Below, piece by piece: positions 13,746 to 31,631 of a DNA stretch of 64,000 bases. The stretch is taken from NCBI GenBank assembly GCA_964016885.1, contig OZ024740.1, positions 389,484,001 to 389,548,000 of the forward strand, in the 5' to 3' direction. The position numbers and the translations under genes were made by a program. Each line of letters opens with the position of its first letter. Within the stretch, counting starts at the first letter, position 1. A model generated the notes under the pieces. The model ran no database searches, was not told the origin of the DNA, and saw nothing but the letters and a program-made list of their open reading frames with translations. This stretch comes from Eledone cirrhosa (taxonomy: Eukaryota).

Positions 13746-14050
13746 CCCTCCCACCGCTTGCGACTGCTTATAATAGAAAAGAAATAAGATTTCGCTTCAA
13801 GCATAGTTTATACAATATGTATAGAAATTTCGTATTGCTTCCTAAAACCGTATTTCTTTAGAAATACGAAATTTCTATACATATTGTATAAAGCTATGCT
13901 TGAAGCGAAATCTTATTTCTTTTCTATTATAAGTTGAGCCAGCTTATGCAGCTTCATATGCAAATGAGATTAATCACCTCATTTACACAGACGAGAAAAC
14001 TATATATTCTCAGCTGTTTTCAAGTTCAACAGTCCCAAGCGGTGGGAGGG

Positions 14051-14094
14051 ATCGTCCTGACGATGGCCAGTCAAGCCTGAAATGCATAGATGAT
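14051..14094 (+). ncRNA. Minimal type I hammerhead ribozyme
   Basis: atcgtc CTGACGA tggc-cagtcaa-gcct GAAA tgca TA gatgat; palindromic stem III. Confidence 0.85.
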
Positions 14095-14202
14095 TGTCCC
14101 CCTTGCTTCTGCTGGACACCACCAGAGGGCGTTAGCCCCCCCCGGTGTTTGCGTAGCTACGGCTTCCTAAAACCGTATTTCTTTAGAAATACGAAATTTC
14201 TC

Positions 14203-14265
<63 letters not shown>

Positions 14266-14270
<5 letters not shown>

Positions 14271-17200
14271 GGTAGATGTCTGTCTGTGTGTGTATATGAT
14301 TTTTATGCATTTCCACATTTCTCTACCGATTTTGATGATTTTTTTCCAATGTGCTCCAGGGCAGGTCAACGCGTATTTACTTTTGCCAAAAATTTCCTGC
14401 TTCTATGAAAGAAATTCAATAAAACTAAATACATGCTGTAACCCTCTCTCTTACACGCTTCATTCCTCTCACTACCCTAAATCTCCTCCGCAACTCTCTT
14501 TAAAAGGTTACTGCCTCCGTCTCCGAAGGAACGCGACACAAACTTTGATAACCCTCTCTCTTACACGCTTCATTCCCCTCTTCGTTCGTCATACATCAAA
14601 TAAAAAATTTAAAAAGCCGATAACACTAAATACATACTGCTCTCTCAATGTTACATTTTACATCAAATAACAAATATTCAAAAGCAACAGATGAATTTAT
14701 AAAACAACAAACGTAACAATAACGACTCTTAAGCGTTCATTTACTTGAATCTCAACAAAAACATTATATTTTATTGTTGTCCTTTTTGTAATTTTTCTTT
14801 CTTTGTTTTTCTTAATATGAGACAAAAAATTAATGAGAAAACTTTTTTAACGAACGTCCGATTTCGATGATTTATTTTCCAGTGTGCTCCAAAATAACGC
14901 CCCTGTTTACGCTCTTTTGGGCTATAACTCAGACAGGCTTGGCTTACAGGTTTGACCTATTATTTGACGTGCATTCTTCATAGATCTTACTTAGTACTTA
15001 CTTTCCACTTACTCACCGTTCAATTGAAAGTTGTGACTACTCCCCCTTTCACACTCCATTACCTGCATCAATATTTACGTGTTAAGTCCTGCTACAATAT
15101 AGTACTCACTTTAAACTAATTCAAAGTTCATTTGAAAATGTTCGCTACCAAACACATTCTTTGAATCTACGGTCATGCCACCCCAAAAAGACCACGACTT
15201 AGTCACCAAACTAAAGCTGCTTCTGCTGCCAAACGAAGAAGAGCTACAGAGTTGTCCGTAGAAAAATTGACTCGGTTGTCACAAAATGCAACTTGAAATG
15301 CAATTACCCGGGAAACCGAGACAAAAAAAAAGAGGAGCATCCGCCTTTCCGGAAATGCATTTGTAACTGCAGTTGCACGTGCAGCGCAAACTGATGAACA
15401 ACATTCTCGACGACGAAGCAAAAATGCGGCCTCCACCGCTGCGGCACGTGACGGTGAGGACGAAGAACGCCGCTACAGTCGACGACGAAGAGATGCCGCC
15501 TCAACTGTTGCGTCACGTGCTGCCGAGGACGAAGGGCAGCGTTCCAGACGTCAACGTACGGACGCCGCTTCAACAGCTTCGGTTCGCGCATCAGAGACTG
15601 CGCAAATTCAATTACAAAGGCTAAACGCCAACGCACTCCGCAGGAGTGCTAAACGAGGTACACAGAGGATCAGTTGCACTCAGTGGTCTCATAAGGCTTT
15701 CCACTATGACCCAACAGTAAACTATGCACTGATGCCAGAAGTTCAGATTGGATCTATGTCTGTCATTTGCCAATATTGTCGGGCAAAAAAATGGCCTGGG
15801 GAGACTTCAGGGATGTAATGCTCTGACGGCAAAGTGAAACTGCCTCCTCTACAGGAACCACCACAACCTTTGAAGTCTCTACTGACCGGTGCCACAGCGG
15901 AGTCGGAACACTTCCTTCGATGTTCCAGGAGATTTAACGCTGCCTTCCAAATGACCTCTTTCGGAGTTAATATCATACGCGAGGACGGCTTCATGCCTAC
16001 CTTTAAAGTTCAAGGACAAATTTACCACAGAATCGGTTCGCTACTGCTCACGACAGACGGACAGCCCCAGTTCCTACAGCTTTACTTTGTCACTGACTAT
16101 TTGGACCAAGCGGAACGTAGCGCTTCAATTTCGCCTGGCACAGACATGAAAATTCTGTTGCAACTCCAGAGAATGTTGCACGAAAACAACAACTACATTC
16201 GCAGTTTTAAATGCGCATTGGAGGCTGCTCCGTTGCCAAATTTTGCTGTTATAATCGACGCTGACGGGAAACTACCAGGCACCCACGCCCGACGTTTTAA
16301 CACTCCCACGTGCAATGAAATAGCTGTGCTTCTTCATGGAGAACAGTACAACAAGCGGGACATCATACTTCAGTGTAGGGACAATAGTCTGCAACGGATC
16401 AGCGAGACGCAAAGGTCCTACGACGCATTCCAATATCCCCTACTTTTCCCATTCGGTGACGACGGATACCACTTTGGAATTCCTTTGTGCAACAGCAACA
16501 AATCTATTTCCTCTATGCAATTCTACACCTACCGATTCATGGTCCACGAATGCTGCTTTAACCAACTCCACCGTGCAAGAGTACTCTTCAACCAGCTTGC
16601 TGTAGACGCGTGCGCAAAGATGGAATCTGAAAGGCTGTGCTACATAAAGGACAATCAAGCACGCCTTCGTTCGGACAGCTACATTCACTTACGGGATGGA
16701 GTAAGGAATGACGTCGATCCCGAGAACCTAGGAAAACATTGTATCCTTCCGTCGACCTTCATTGTGAACGCACACAGGATGCTATGACGTACGTGCGTCT
16801 CTACGGCAGACCGGATCTCTTCATCACTTCAACATGCAACCCTAAGTGGAATGAAATTACCGCGGAATTATTCCCCGGACAAAGAGCGTCAGATAGACAC
16901 GATTTACAGCACGAGTCTTTCACTTGAAGTTGACAAAACTTATTGAACTCCTAAAATCAGGTAAGGCCTTTGGACCTGTTAGGTGCACCGTTGAGTGACA
17001 AAAGAGAGGCCTGCCACACGCTCACCTACTCATTTGGCTGATAACGAAAATCAACGCAAGCAGCATTGACAGCATCATTTCAGCAGAAATACCCGACTCG
17101 AAATTGGACAGAGAACTCCACAACATCGTCACTGCTCACATGGTTCATGGGCCATGCGGAAACGGTTTCAACATGAATTCTCCATGCATTAAAGAAAGAA

Positions 17201-18249
17201 GGTGCACCAAGAGATATCCTAGGCCATTCCTCCGAGAAACTCGGACAGGTGGCAACGGTTATCCATTATACCGCTGCAGGGAGCCAGCGGACGGAGGAAT
17301 TGTTGCGAAAACATCACATCACAACGTCGACAACCAGTGGATTGTACCCTACTGCCCACTTCTGCTTAAATTGTTTAACGCCCACATTAACGTTGAATAC
17401 TGCCACTCCGTCAAATCGATAAAGTACGTCTGCAAATATATCAATAAGGGGTCCGATGCTGCGTCCTTTAGTCTTACAATGGAGAACAACCGAGACGAAG
17501 TCGAAGGTCGGTCGATACATCAGCAGCAATGAAGCGTTCTGGCGATTCTTCCACTTTGCAATACACCATAACTGGGGTGGACAAAGATGGGGTTGACAAT
17601 TTTCCAACAGAATTCCTCAATTCCTTGGACCTCTCTGGACTGCCACCTCATGAACTGCGCGTCAAAGTTGGGTCTCCAGTCATGCTGTTGAGGAACCTGG
17701 AACCACCACGTCTCTGCAATGGAACACGGTTAGTGGTAAAAAACCTCCTGCCTCATGTAATTGAAGCCACAATTCTCACGGGCTGCGGCGCTGGAGAAAA
17801 CATCTTCATACCCCAGAATACCACTAACTCCATCAGGTACGGAATGCCCCTGTACTCTGCGCCGACTTCAATTCCCCGTTAAACTTCGCGATGTCAATCA
17901 ACAAGTCCCAAGGCCAAACGCTATCAACGGCAGGCCTGCATTTAGGCCAGCCGTGCTTCTCACACGGCCAATTATACGTCGCATGCTCAAGAGTGGGATG
18001 CAAGCAGAACTTATTCATACTTGCGCCCAAAGGCAGAACAAAAAATGTGGTCTACATAGAGGTGTTGTGACTCCTCTATTCAGCACCACTGCAGTCTTGC
18101 CGGTCTGACATATGGTGAGTAGATGCTATTGTTGTATATTTTCAAACTTACCCGTATTTACTTTCAATGCCTCAATATTCATAATTGAGTGGAATCATTA
18201 AAAGTACTTTAAAGCAATTAAACTCCGAGCAACACCGGGCACTTCTGCT
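14266..18249 (+). mobile_element. Helitron (defective, internally deleted)
   Basis: RepHel remnants inside. 3' GC hairpin ccgagcaacaccggg at 18225-18239 followed by ttctgct. The 5' end merges with (TA)n. Confidence 0.85.
15176..18070 (+). pseudogene. Helitron Rep/Pif1-helicase pseudogene
   Basis: Helitron N-terminal domain (FKVQGQIYHRIGSL, SYDAFQYPLLFPFG), Rep motifs (PDLFITSTCNPKW; E*QKRGLPHAH; KYVCKYINKG) and Pif1 C-terminus (GLPPHELRVKVGSPVMLLRNL..LCNGTRL). Has stops and frameshifts; the helicase N-terminal half is deleted near 17570. Confidence 0.92.
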
Positions 18250-18324
18250 GTAGAAATCAAGCCAGAATCAGTTCCCGTCCCACCCTTGCAAGCAGGGAAA
18301 AGCGGACGTAAAATGAAATGATGA

Positions 18325-18328
<4 letters not shown>
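18247..18328 (+). mobile_element. 3' tail of RTE-partnered SINE
   Basis: Matches the reverse complement of 62912-62993 (..cccttgcaagcagggaaaagcggacgtaaaatgaaatgatga). Confidence 0.75.
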
Positions 18329-18368
<40 letters not shown>

Positions 18369-18377
<9 letters not shown>

Positions 18378-19208
18378 TAAACAAATAATGAATAAAACAA
18401 TGAAACAGTTCCTTATATTAAACAAAAAAAGTTCATTATTTAACGATCGTTTCTAGGATATATATGTGTTAGAATTGGCATGCATATTCAACAGATCTAT
18501 GTACAAAATTATACAAAATTATACAAACTATCAAGATTAAATATACATACCAAACACACATATACGCCGTCTTCAGAAATAATGAAATATATTTATTGAT
18601 AATAACAACAATTCAAAATTTCAGGTCCGTTTGGGAACAAAATTGACCAATGAAAATACAAAAGGTTTTATGCAGTTTGGTGTGTGTATATACATGTAAC
18701 TACCCCGTACACATATTTATACAAAGATGTATGCTCAACATGCATACGCATGCCAAAAAGATGCATGCAAATACAAAATTTCAAGGTTAATGTCTCTGTA
18801 AGTTTATAATGCACAGATAAGATGCGTATAGACACATAAATATGAAATAAGTGTATACACATATTCTCATACTCACACATATCCGTACACTCACACACAC
18901 GCGCGCGTATATGCATAAACATACACATAATTACGAACATACATACACACACACACCCCCACACACACATATATATGTGGATATAATATTATCATAAGCA
19001 CATGGATATTAATTCACTCACATAAACACTGCCACACACATTTAGATCAAGATACAGAAATTAGGTGGGAGGGGGGGGAGAGGTCAGTATTCAACGGTTT
19101 GGGCAGACTGCTTATTTATAGATGTATCTATAAACTAAGAAATAAAAAATAAAAATTAAAAAGGAAAGAAAAGAAAAAGAAAAAAGAAAAAAGAAATATA
19201 TCAAGAAA

Positions 19209-19269
<61 letters not shown>

Positions 19270-19357
19270 CACACATCTACACTTAGAACACACATACACA
19301 CACATATATAAACATATACATATACACACATACACACATATACACACATACATATAA

Positions 19358-19390
<33 letters not shown>

Positions 19391-19905
19391 TACACATATA
19401 ATCACACATACATATATAGACACACATATATATACACATACACGCACATATACATACACATACATACTTATATACATACAGATATACACATACATACCTA
19501 TATATACACACAAATACATACAGACATACATACATACATACACACAAATACTTACGCATCCATATATCGGTATATACATACAAACACCACTACACTCTCA
19601 CACAACTCAGACATACAAAGAAAAAGGTATATACCTATACACATATACACATACAAATAGAGATACATATACATATATATATATATATACACATATATAT
19701 ATATATATATACATACACATATACACACATATATATACATACACATACATACATGTACACACACATACATATACATACATACACACATACACACATACAT
19801 ATATAGTCATACACACACATACACCTACACGAACATACACATACACATATATAAAGATATATATACACACACACACATACACACACACACATATATATAA
19901 AATAA

Positions 19906-19972
<67 letters not shown>

Positions 19973-20523
19973 CACATATACATAGACATATATGTACATA
20001 CATACACATACATACATACATATACACACATATATATATATATATACACATAGACACATACATACATACACACACAACATACATACACACACATATATAC
20101 TCATACATAGACATAGATATATATTCATACATACATACGCACTTACATATACTCATATATACAAATACATACGCATCCATATATGCGTATATACATACAA
20201 ACACCACTACACTCTCACACAACTCAGACATACAAAGAAAAAGGTATATACATATACATATATACACACATTAATAGAGATACATATACACATATATATA
20301 TATATATATACACATACATTTATATATATACACCCACACACACATACAACCATAAACACACATACAAACACACACATACACACATATATACATACATATA
20401 TATACACACACACAAAAAACACACATACACATATATATTTTTACACACATATATACATATATATACATATACACACCCTCACATATACACACATACACAT
20501 AAGTTATATTATAATAATAAATA

Positions 20524-20554
<31 letters not shown>

Positions 20555-20587
20555 CGAATATAGACATATATACACACATAGATATAC

Positions 20588-20623
<36 letters not shown>

Positions 20624-21534
20624 TCACATATATATGTGCGCACACGTACATATATACACATACACACATATACACATAAACATATACATGTGCATACATG
20701 TACATACACACATATACCCACATAGATACGAAGATAGACATATATATAGAGAGACATACATATATATACACATATCTATATATACACATACATACACACA
20801 TACATATATATATATATACACACACACATACACGCCCACACACATATATATACACACACAATCTTACATTCTTATTTGCATGCGCATATATGTATTTTTA
20901 TATTCAGATATAAATACCCAAACATATATACACCTACCTACATATATATTCATACATTCACGCTTACATACACAGATGATAATAGTATGGGGGAAAGGGG
21001 GGGGGGGAGAAGGGGATTATAGTAAATATATGTTTCAAGAAACATAGAATATTATCTGTATCTGGATCCCAATATATGTTTTTACATAGTTTCAGTGTTA
21101 GGAAATACAAGAAATAAGGCAAAATTATGCATTTCAAAATAAGTATACCATTAATTATATGTTAACTAAACTAAAGATAGTTAACATATTGATTTCTAAG
21201 GTGTAAATTAGTTAGGTTTATAATATTTGAAGCAGAATTTTGAAGTTAAATAGTAGTAGAGTATTAATTATAGTATAACTAAATTAAAGTTATTAACGTT
21301 ATGGTATCAATATTAGGAAATGAATTTAGTAATAGGGAAAAAACAAATAAAGTATTACATCGGTAGTAGAATATAAATTATAGGTTAACTAAATTAAAAA
21401 TTATATATTAATTTCTATAGTATATGTTAATTAGGTATATAATAAATAAAACAGATATTGTATTTTATCAATAGCAGAATATAATTATATGCAAATAGAA
21501 ATCAAAATTAATACATATACATATACATATACAT

Positions 21535-21605
<71 letters not shown>

Positions 21606-21899
21606 CACACATACATACACATACATATACATACATACATATACATATTTTTTCAAAAATTGCAAAGAATATATTAACTAGGTATACATCCAAAACACAT
21701 CCCATTCTATGATTACATGACACTCTGCAATCCGTCTGTATAAGGATACTAATTTTAAGCCAATTAAATTAAATTTTTAGGTTGACTAAATTTAAAACCA
21801 AATTATAAATATATTTCTAAAATGTATATTAATTAGGTCTATAATACTAAAAAATATTTCTCTGTCATTGGATACACGATATTTTGTTATATTTTATCT
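18369..21899 (-). repeat. Left arm of giant inverted repeat (3' UTR/pLTR of Penelope-like element)
   Basis: Reverse complement of 22320-25952 throughout. Mostly (TA)/(CA)/(TACA) microsatellite with unique anchors. Confidence 0.95.
18432..18586 (-). ncRNA. Hammerhead ribozyme with long stem II (left-arm copy)
   Basis: Inverted copy of 25735-25889. Confidence 0.75.
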
Positions 21900-22103
21900 G
21901 TAAAGGAATTTTAATAAAAGGTTTAAATAAATTAAAATTAATCTATAAATTAAATTACTAAGTATATATTAGTAATATTTAAAGGTTTTTCACAATTTAT
22001 GATTACACAATATTTTATATTCTCATCTGTAGTAGAATTTTAATTAAATTAAATTTATAGATTAACTAACATTTAAATTAAATTAATTTCTAAAATAATG
22101 TTA

Positions 22104-22319
22104 TTAATTAGGTTTATAATATTTAAATGTTTTTTTTAGTTTATGATTACACGATATAAGTAATTCCTGTCGTTTATTTAATAGGATATCCTTAGATTTC
22201 ATTATTTCAAATAGTTCTTGGGAACATAATCTACATTCATTTCTATTATTTTGATAAGGGGTGGCTCTTTTGAGCACACTCCAGGTCAAATCATATTCTA
22301 TATTCTTATTTTTAAAATA
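22104..22319 (-). pseudogene. Penelope-like GIY-YIG endonuclease C-terminal fragment
   Basis: LKNKNIEYDLTWSVLKRATPY..CRLCSQE..LLNKRQELLISCNH aligns by eye with the C-termini of the PLE ORFs at 34175-34678 and 35941-36476. Confidence 0.85.
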
Positions 22320-26188
<3,869 letters not shown>

Positions 26189-26562
26189 AGTTATTTGTAC
26201 AGATAAACATGAACATAATTAAATAAGTACAAGTAAATATTAGTCTTTAATAATTGATAGAATAACCGAACGATGTAAAATATTTAAGCAAACCCATACA
26301 TAAGAGTAAAGTAGGTAAAACCATAAAGATTCCAAAGTTAATATTTATAATATGTTTTTAAAATGTTTAAACATTTTAGCAGTCTCGCTGGTTGTGTGGT
26401 ACACATGCTGGTTATATAGTTGTACAACTGCTAATTTCAAATGGTACAGACTATTCAGAATTCAATCATCTCTCGCCAAGAAGAAGAATTATGCTTCTCG
26501 TTTTGCTAGAATGTAGAAGGTTTCGCTGTGCAAAAGCCCGGCTCGCCCCAGGCGCTCCAGTT

Positions 26563-26929
26563 GTGCTTTAGCACTGCGAAGCCGAAGGAAGCTAAAGTCA
26601 CAGAGACACAGCTAAAACTGCCAAGGCGAGCCGTGCTTTAGCACTGCGAACCCGAAGGAAGCCAAAGCCACAGAGACACAGCTAAAACTTTCAGGGTGAG
26701 CCGAGCTTTAACACTGCGAAGCCGAAGGAAGCTAAAGCCACAGAGACACAGCTAAAACTTCCAGGGTGAGCCGAGCTTTAACACTGCGAAGCCGAAGGAA
26801 GCCAAAGCCACAGATACACAGCTAAAACTTCCAAGGTGAGTCGAGCTTTAACACTGCGAAGCCGAAGGAAGCTATAGCCACGGAGGCACAGCTAAAACTT
26901 CCAGCGAACCCGAAGGAAGCTATAGCCAC
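26563..26929. repeat. 70-bp minisatellite, ~5 copies
   Basis: gcttta(g/a)cactgcgaa at 26565, 26635, 26705, 26775 and 26845. Confidence 0.92.
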
Positions 26930-27000
26930 AATGCTTCTCGTTTTACTAAAAGTTAGAATGTAGAAGGCATTGCTGGGCTAAATCCCCGCTCGCCTCGAAC

Positions 27001-27985
27001 GTAAAGAGGAAAAGGGGAGCAAAGAAAAACGGTGAGTAAGGAGAAAGGAAAAGTAAGGGGAAAAGGAGAGCAAGGAGAAATAGGAGAGTAAGGAGAAATA
27101 GGAGAGTAAGGAGAAATAGGAGAGTAAGGTGAAATAGGTGAGTAAGGGGAAAAGGAGAGCAGGGCGAAATAGGAGAGTAAGGGGAAAAGGAGAGCAAGGA
27201 GAAATAGGAGAGTAAGGAGGAAAAGGAGAGCAAGGAGAAATAGGAGAGTTATGGGAAAAGGAGAGCAAGAAGAAAGGGGAGAGTAAGGTGAAAAGGAGAG
27301 CAAGAAGAAAAAGGAGAGTAAGGTGAAAAGGAGAGCAAGGAGAAATAGGAGAGTAAGGAGGAATAGGAGAGCAACGAGAAATAGGAAATAGGGGGAAAAG
27401 GAGAGTAAGGAGAAATAGGAGAATAAGGGGGAAAGGAGAGCAAGGAGAAAAGGAGAGCAAGGAGAAAATGGAGAGCAAGTAGAGCAAAAAGAAAAGGGAT
27501 AAAAAAGGAGAGCAGGGAGAGTAAGGATAAAAGAAGAGCAGTGAGAGATATGAGAGTAAGAATAGTAAGGATATAATGAGAGCATGAAGAACGGGAGAGA
27601 AAAACAGGTAAAGTGTTTGGAAAGAAGAGAAAAGGGGGAGAGATGAAGGGGAGGAACGGAGAAAGGGGAGGAACTGGAAAGGGAAAGAAGGTGAAAGAAG
27701 GGGCAGAGTGGTAGAGAGTGGGGAAAGAGGTGAAAATGGGAAAAGGGGAGGATAGAGGGGGAACAGTGGAAAAGAAGGTGAAAGATGGAGAACGGGGGAG
27801 AGAGGTGGAATGAGAGGAAGGGGAGGATGGGGAGGAAGGAAAGGATGGGAATGGGAGGAAGAGAGGAAGAGAAGGAAGGAGAGGAAGGGGAGGAAGAGGA
27901 AGTACGGGAGGAAGGGAGGTAGGGGAGGAAGAGGAGGATTGAGAGGAAGGGGAGGAAGGAGAGGATTGAGAGGAAGTGGAGGAAA
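27001..27985. repeat. Purine-rich 18-20 bp minisatellite and GA low-complexity tract
   Basis: Repeated ggagagtaaggagaaata-type units. The overlapping ORFs are low-complexity artefacts. Confidence 0.85.
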
Positions 27986-28042
27986 GGCGGGATTTGAACA
28001 CAACGTAATAATAGTAATGATAATTATTGTTCCTACCTTAGT

Positions 28043-28228
28043 CACAAGGCCAGCAATTTGAAAGTCGATTAAATCGCACCAGTGTATTACTGGTGCTTTA
28101 TTTTATCAACCCCCGTAATGATGAAAGGTAAAGCTAAGCTCGGCGGGATTTGAACTCAGAACGTAAAGGCCCGTAACTCTATGTCACGAAGCAGGTTGTC
28201 CGACGCTCTACTGATACTGCAAATCCGC
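28043..28228 (-). mobile_element. tRNA-derived SINE (main family)
   Basis: Reverse complement of the family consensus, with B box GAGTTCAAATCCC. Confidence 0.8.
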
Positions 28229-28263
28229 TATAATAATAAAAGCACAAAAACAAATGCAGGTTC

Positions 28264-29220
28264 ACACTTAGAGCGGGCCCATTCACTCGGGTCATGCTCG
28301 CCACTCTCACCCACCTTTCAACAAATTGCTTTGTGAGGCAGCACTTCCCTTTCCATCCTGATTTTCCTCTTCGCCAAAAAGTAAAGTGCTCGTCTTCAAA
28401 CCTTTCAAGCGTGTCCACCATACAACCTCTTTCGCCATGGCCACAAGACAGATAAAAACGGCCTTCCCTTCTTGACTAGAAGGCGGTAGGACAATCTTCA
28501 CAATGGATTCGGTTGATAACCGGATTTGTCCTACACAAGTCAGCAATGCTCGGACACTGGCCGATTGCGTGCAGGACGGTTTCGTCGCCCTGCGCGCATC
28601 TCGGACAGGCCCGGCTGACGGTATTTCCATGCCTGTAGAGTCTATCTTGAACTGGCAAAGCCCCTCAGTAACACTGCCAGGTTAAGGATTTCTGGAAATT
28701 ATCCATGCCTAGGTTGAAAGTCCTCCCGAAAAAACTGGCTAGTTGATTTTCGTCGACATCTAAAGTTTCCCCAAGAACGTCGTCGTTTTCATCTGCCACT
28801 AACCTTCTATAGAATGCTAAGGTAGCGTTTCTACCGATCACATTGCCCGATTGGCGGAGAGCTATAGGCGCCTGAAGACATTCTAATTTCCAAGCTACCC
28901 CTCGGTCTCTGCTTGACCCAAGACTGCAGCTCCGTTAAGGATACGACCTGGGGGAACACGCATCTGGTGAACGGTGACCACACCTGTTCACCGTTAAGGA
29001 AATGATGGAGATGTAGTCTAGCGCATGATCAGCCACGGCATTCCCAGTCCTCCATGCAGCGAGTGTTGACAGCAGATGGACTGCCTGACCATCGGAACGC
29101 ATCCATTCCACATAAAGCAGAAGAGCAAACGCCCCAGTGCTGTCAGACGCGGTTGGAGATAAAGCACACCAACCAGGCGGCAGTAGATGGCGGACGCGAT
29201 GTACGCGTTCGCCAACTCTG
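28264..29220 (-). mobile_element. L1/Tx1-clade LINE ORF2 3' fragment
   Basis: ..HGGLGMPW.., LPVQDRLYRHG..CPRC..ETVLHA, AKEVVWWTRLKG, FVERWVRVA; frameshifted. Confidence 0.8.
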
Positions 29221-31158
29221 AGTGGGAGACCGACACCGTAGTGGTATGATAGTAGCTCGTGTTGATTTTTGTCGTAATAGTGATTGTTGTTGTTGTCGTT
29301 TCATAGCCTTAGGTTAGCCCTGACCAGACATATGATCAAAAGCCTTCTACCTGTGACTATCCCAACTTTTTTGTATATCAGAGAGTATATTATCCAATGT
29401 ATCCTTCTTAATCTAAGACGGTAAGTTGTGATTTGGAAAAGATTTGGGTGTTATTTCTAGCAGGTTGTGTGATTGCTAGAGGTTTCCTCATTGGCTCCTC
29501 GTGTTGATTTTTATTTAGATACTAGCGTACAGGAGGCTATGGCATTGGTGTCATGGACAAGCGCATTAACGACGCTAGTGAAGGTTATAGAAACCTCAGC
29601 TTTAAGGAAGGAAAACGAGATTCTGTGAATACCAAGTATTTCTCATAGATATTAGAAACCCAATAGGTTCTAAGTATGTGCAAACGCAGTAGTGTTGAAT
29701 TTATATTACTAGTGTCTGTTTCAAGTATATTCAATCAGCAATTTTCAATAAACACAGTCTACAAAAAACGAATAGTGAACTAAATACACTTGATGTAACG
29801 AACACAATAACTAATCAAGTTTATGCCCGTATCGAGGGGAAGTAAATATTGTCGAACAATGCTTAATTTTTAAAAATGTTACTTTTTATTTTTTAAGGGC
29901 TTGGTCATGGAAACGGAGAACAGTGTTTATGGTTCAGGGCCTCGTATCTGCTGGTAGGAAGGGAAAAAGTTATCCTTAGACCGGAGATATGTACAGAATG
30001 CTAGTAACTGAGTAGACTCTGCTATATGTACCCAAGATCATGTCTGCCATTTATGATTAAGTAAGAAACCAATCCTTTTTAAGGGAAAGAAATTTGAAAA
30101 TACAATGTCCACGCGTGCTTTGAAAAGGCTTGAATGTTTCCTCTTTTTGAAAGATAAAATGTCCCTTTATACCTCATTAAAAGAATTATTCACATTCTCT
30201 TGGGCAACATTAGAATATATTGAAAACTAGAGCGCAGTTTGCTCCCTTTACAATATATTTGTATTGATTTATATTTTCCTTGACGTCATTTTTTTGCGCC
30301 TTTTTGTCGCTCATGCTCTCGATGTCTCCCGCATTGATGTCTCCCGCTCAACACGTTTAGGCCATGTATAGAAATATATTTTAAAAATATAAACACATTT
30401 ATATAATGAATATGATTTGTAAAAGAAACAAATCACTGAAATTACTCAGAGAAAAAAGGAAAGGAAAGAAAACAAAAAGCGGGAAAAGACATGCCTACTC
30501 AATTTCTGGTTATATTTTGAAGACTAAGACGTTGAAGGAATCAAGTACCGTCGCGAATATCACGTGATACGTCAGTAAAACGAGCTGCCAACGATGACGA
30601 GAATTTCGTTATCAGCAGCCCAACTCCCCTTAAAGTCACGAATTCAAAGTCTAAAAAAAAGAAATAACTCTAGTTATCTAATATGATAAACAATTATGAT
30701 TTCATTTTTTTATAGCATTTTCTTTTCCTTTCCTAATCTGAATATGACCTTGTCATTTTAATCAATAATGTTGTGTGTATGTGAACATGTATGCACGGTA
30801 ATACAAATGTTAATACAAATGTTAACATAGTCATGTTCTAAATATGTTGAAATTATATATATATATATATATATATTAGTATAATTATATATATATGGAA
30901 AAAAATGAAACGAAATTTCATTTCTCACTCTTAGTACGGCTGTTACTTAAATATAAGTATGTATACGTACATACATATATGTATACAGATGTACAGTAGT
31001 ATGTATATATATACATACATGCACACATATATATATGTACGTGTGGATTCACCGAACATTTATTATAATGCTCGGTGTGTTTGTAAACAAACATCCCGAA
31101 TTAAGCCGTACAGTGTCTAGCAACCATCGTTGCTCATTTGTTCAACACTGACAAAGGA

Positions 31159-31201
31159 ACGCTGTACTAGTTTCAAGCTTATTAACTATCGTCAGCAACG
31201 T
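31159..31201 (-). ncRNA. Minimal type I hammerhead ribozyme
   Basis: Reverse complement acgttg CTGACGA tagtt-aata-agctt GAAA ctag TA cagcgt. Confidence 0.85.
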
Positions 31202-31588
31202 ATACCTTCCTGCCAGATGATTGAACGTCTGAAAGTATATACTTTCCTTATGCATATTAACGGCTGAGCAGCCTAATTTGCATATCCAGTGAGTTAATCG
31301 GCCGGGCGCACCGAAAACGGTAAACGGAAAAAATGAAACGAAATTTCATTTCTCACTCTTAGTTCGGGTGTTACTTAAATATAAGTATGTATACGTACAT
31401 ACATATATGTATACAGACGTACAGTAGTATGTATATATATATACATACATGCACACATATATATATGTACGTATGGATTCACCGAACATTTATTATAATG
31501 CTCGGTGTGTTTGTAAACAAACATCCCGAATTAAGCCGTACAGTGTCTAGCAACCATCGTTGCTCATTTGTTCAACACTGACAAAGGA

Positions 31589-31631
31589 ACACTGTACTAG
31601 TTTCAAGCTTATTAGCTATCGTCAGCAACTC
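31589..31631 (-). ncRNA. Minimal type I hammerhead ribozyme (second tandem copy)
   Basis: Reverse complement gagttg CTGACGA tagct-aata-agctt GAAA ctag TA cagtgt; stem I weaker. Confidence 0.75.

Larger units (their letters stand above)
13563..14205. mobile_element. Retrozyme/pLTR-like non-coding unit 1 (325 bp period) with inverted upstream copy
   Basis: gcttcctaaaaccg recurs at 13837 and 14162. 13563-13765 and 13775-13836 are inverted copies. Flanked by (TA)n. Confidence 0.8.

Noticed and set aside
26563-26929. CRISPR-like regular array
   Set aside because: Units are near-identical along their whole length, with no unique spacers; eukaryotic context.
26946-28061. Long Leu/Pro/Ser/Phe ORFs
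   Set aside because: Antisense of the purine-rich minisatellite.
29510-30065. Possible plus-strand exons with AG/GT signals
   Set aside because: No sustained ORF; the signals could occur by chance.
30275-30620. CpG-richer patch with TGACGTCA and CACGTG (promoter-like)
   Set aside because: Isolated short motifs with no linked gene.
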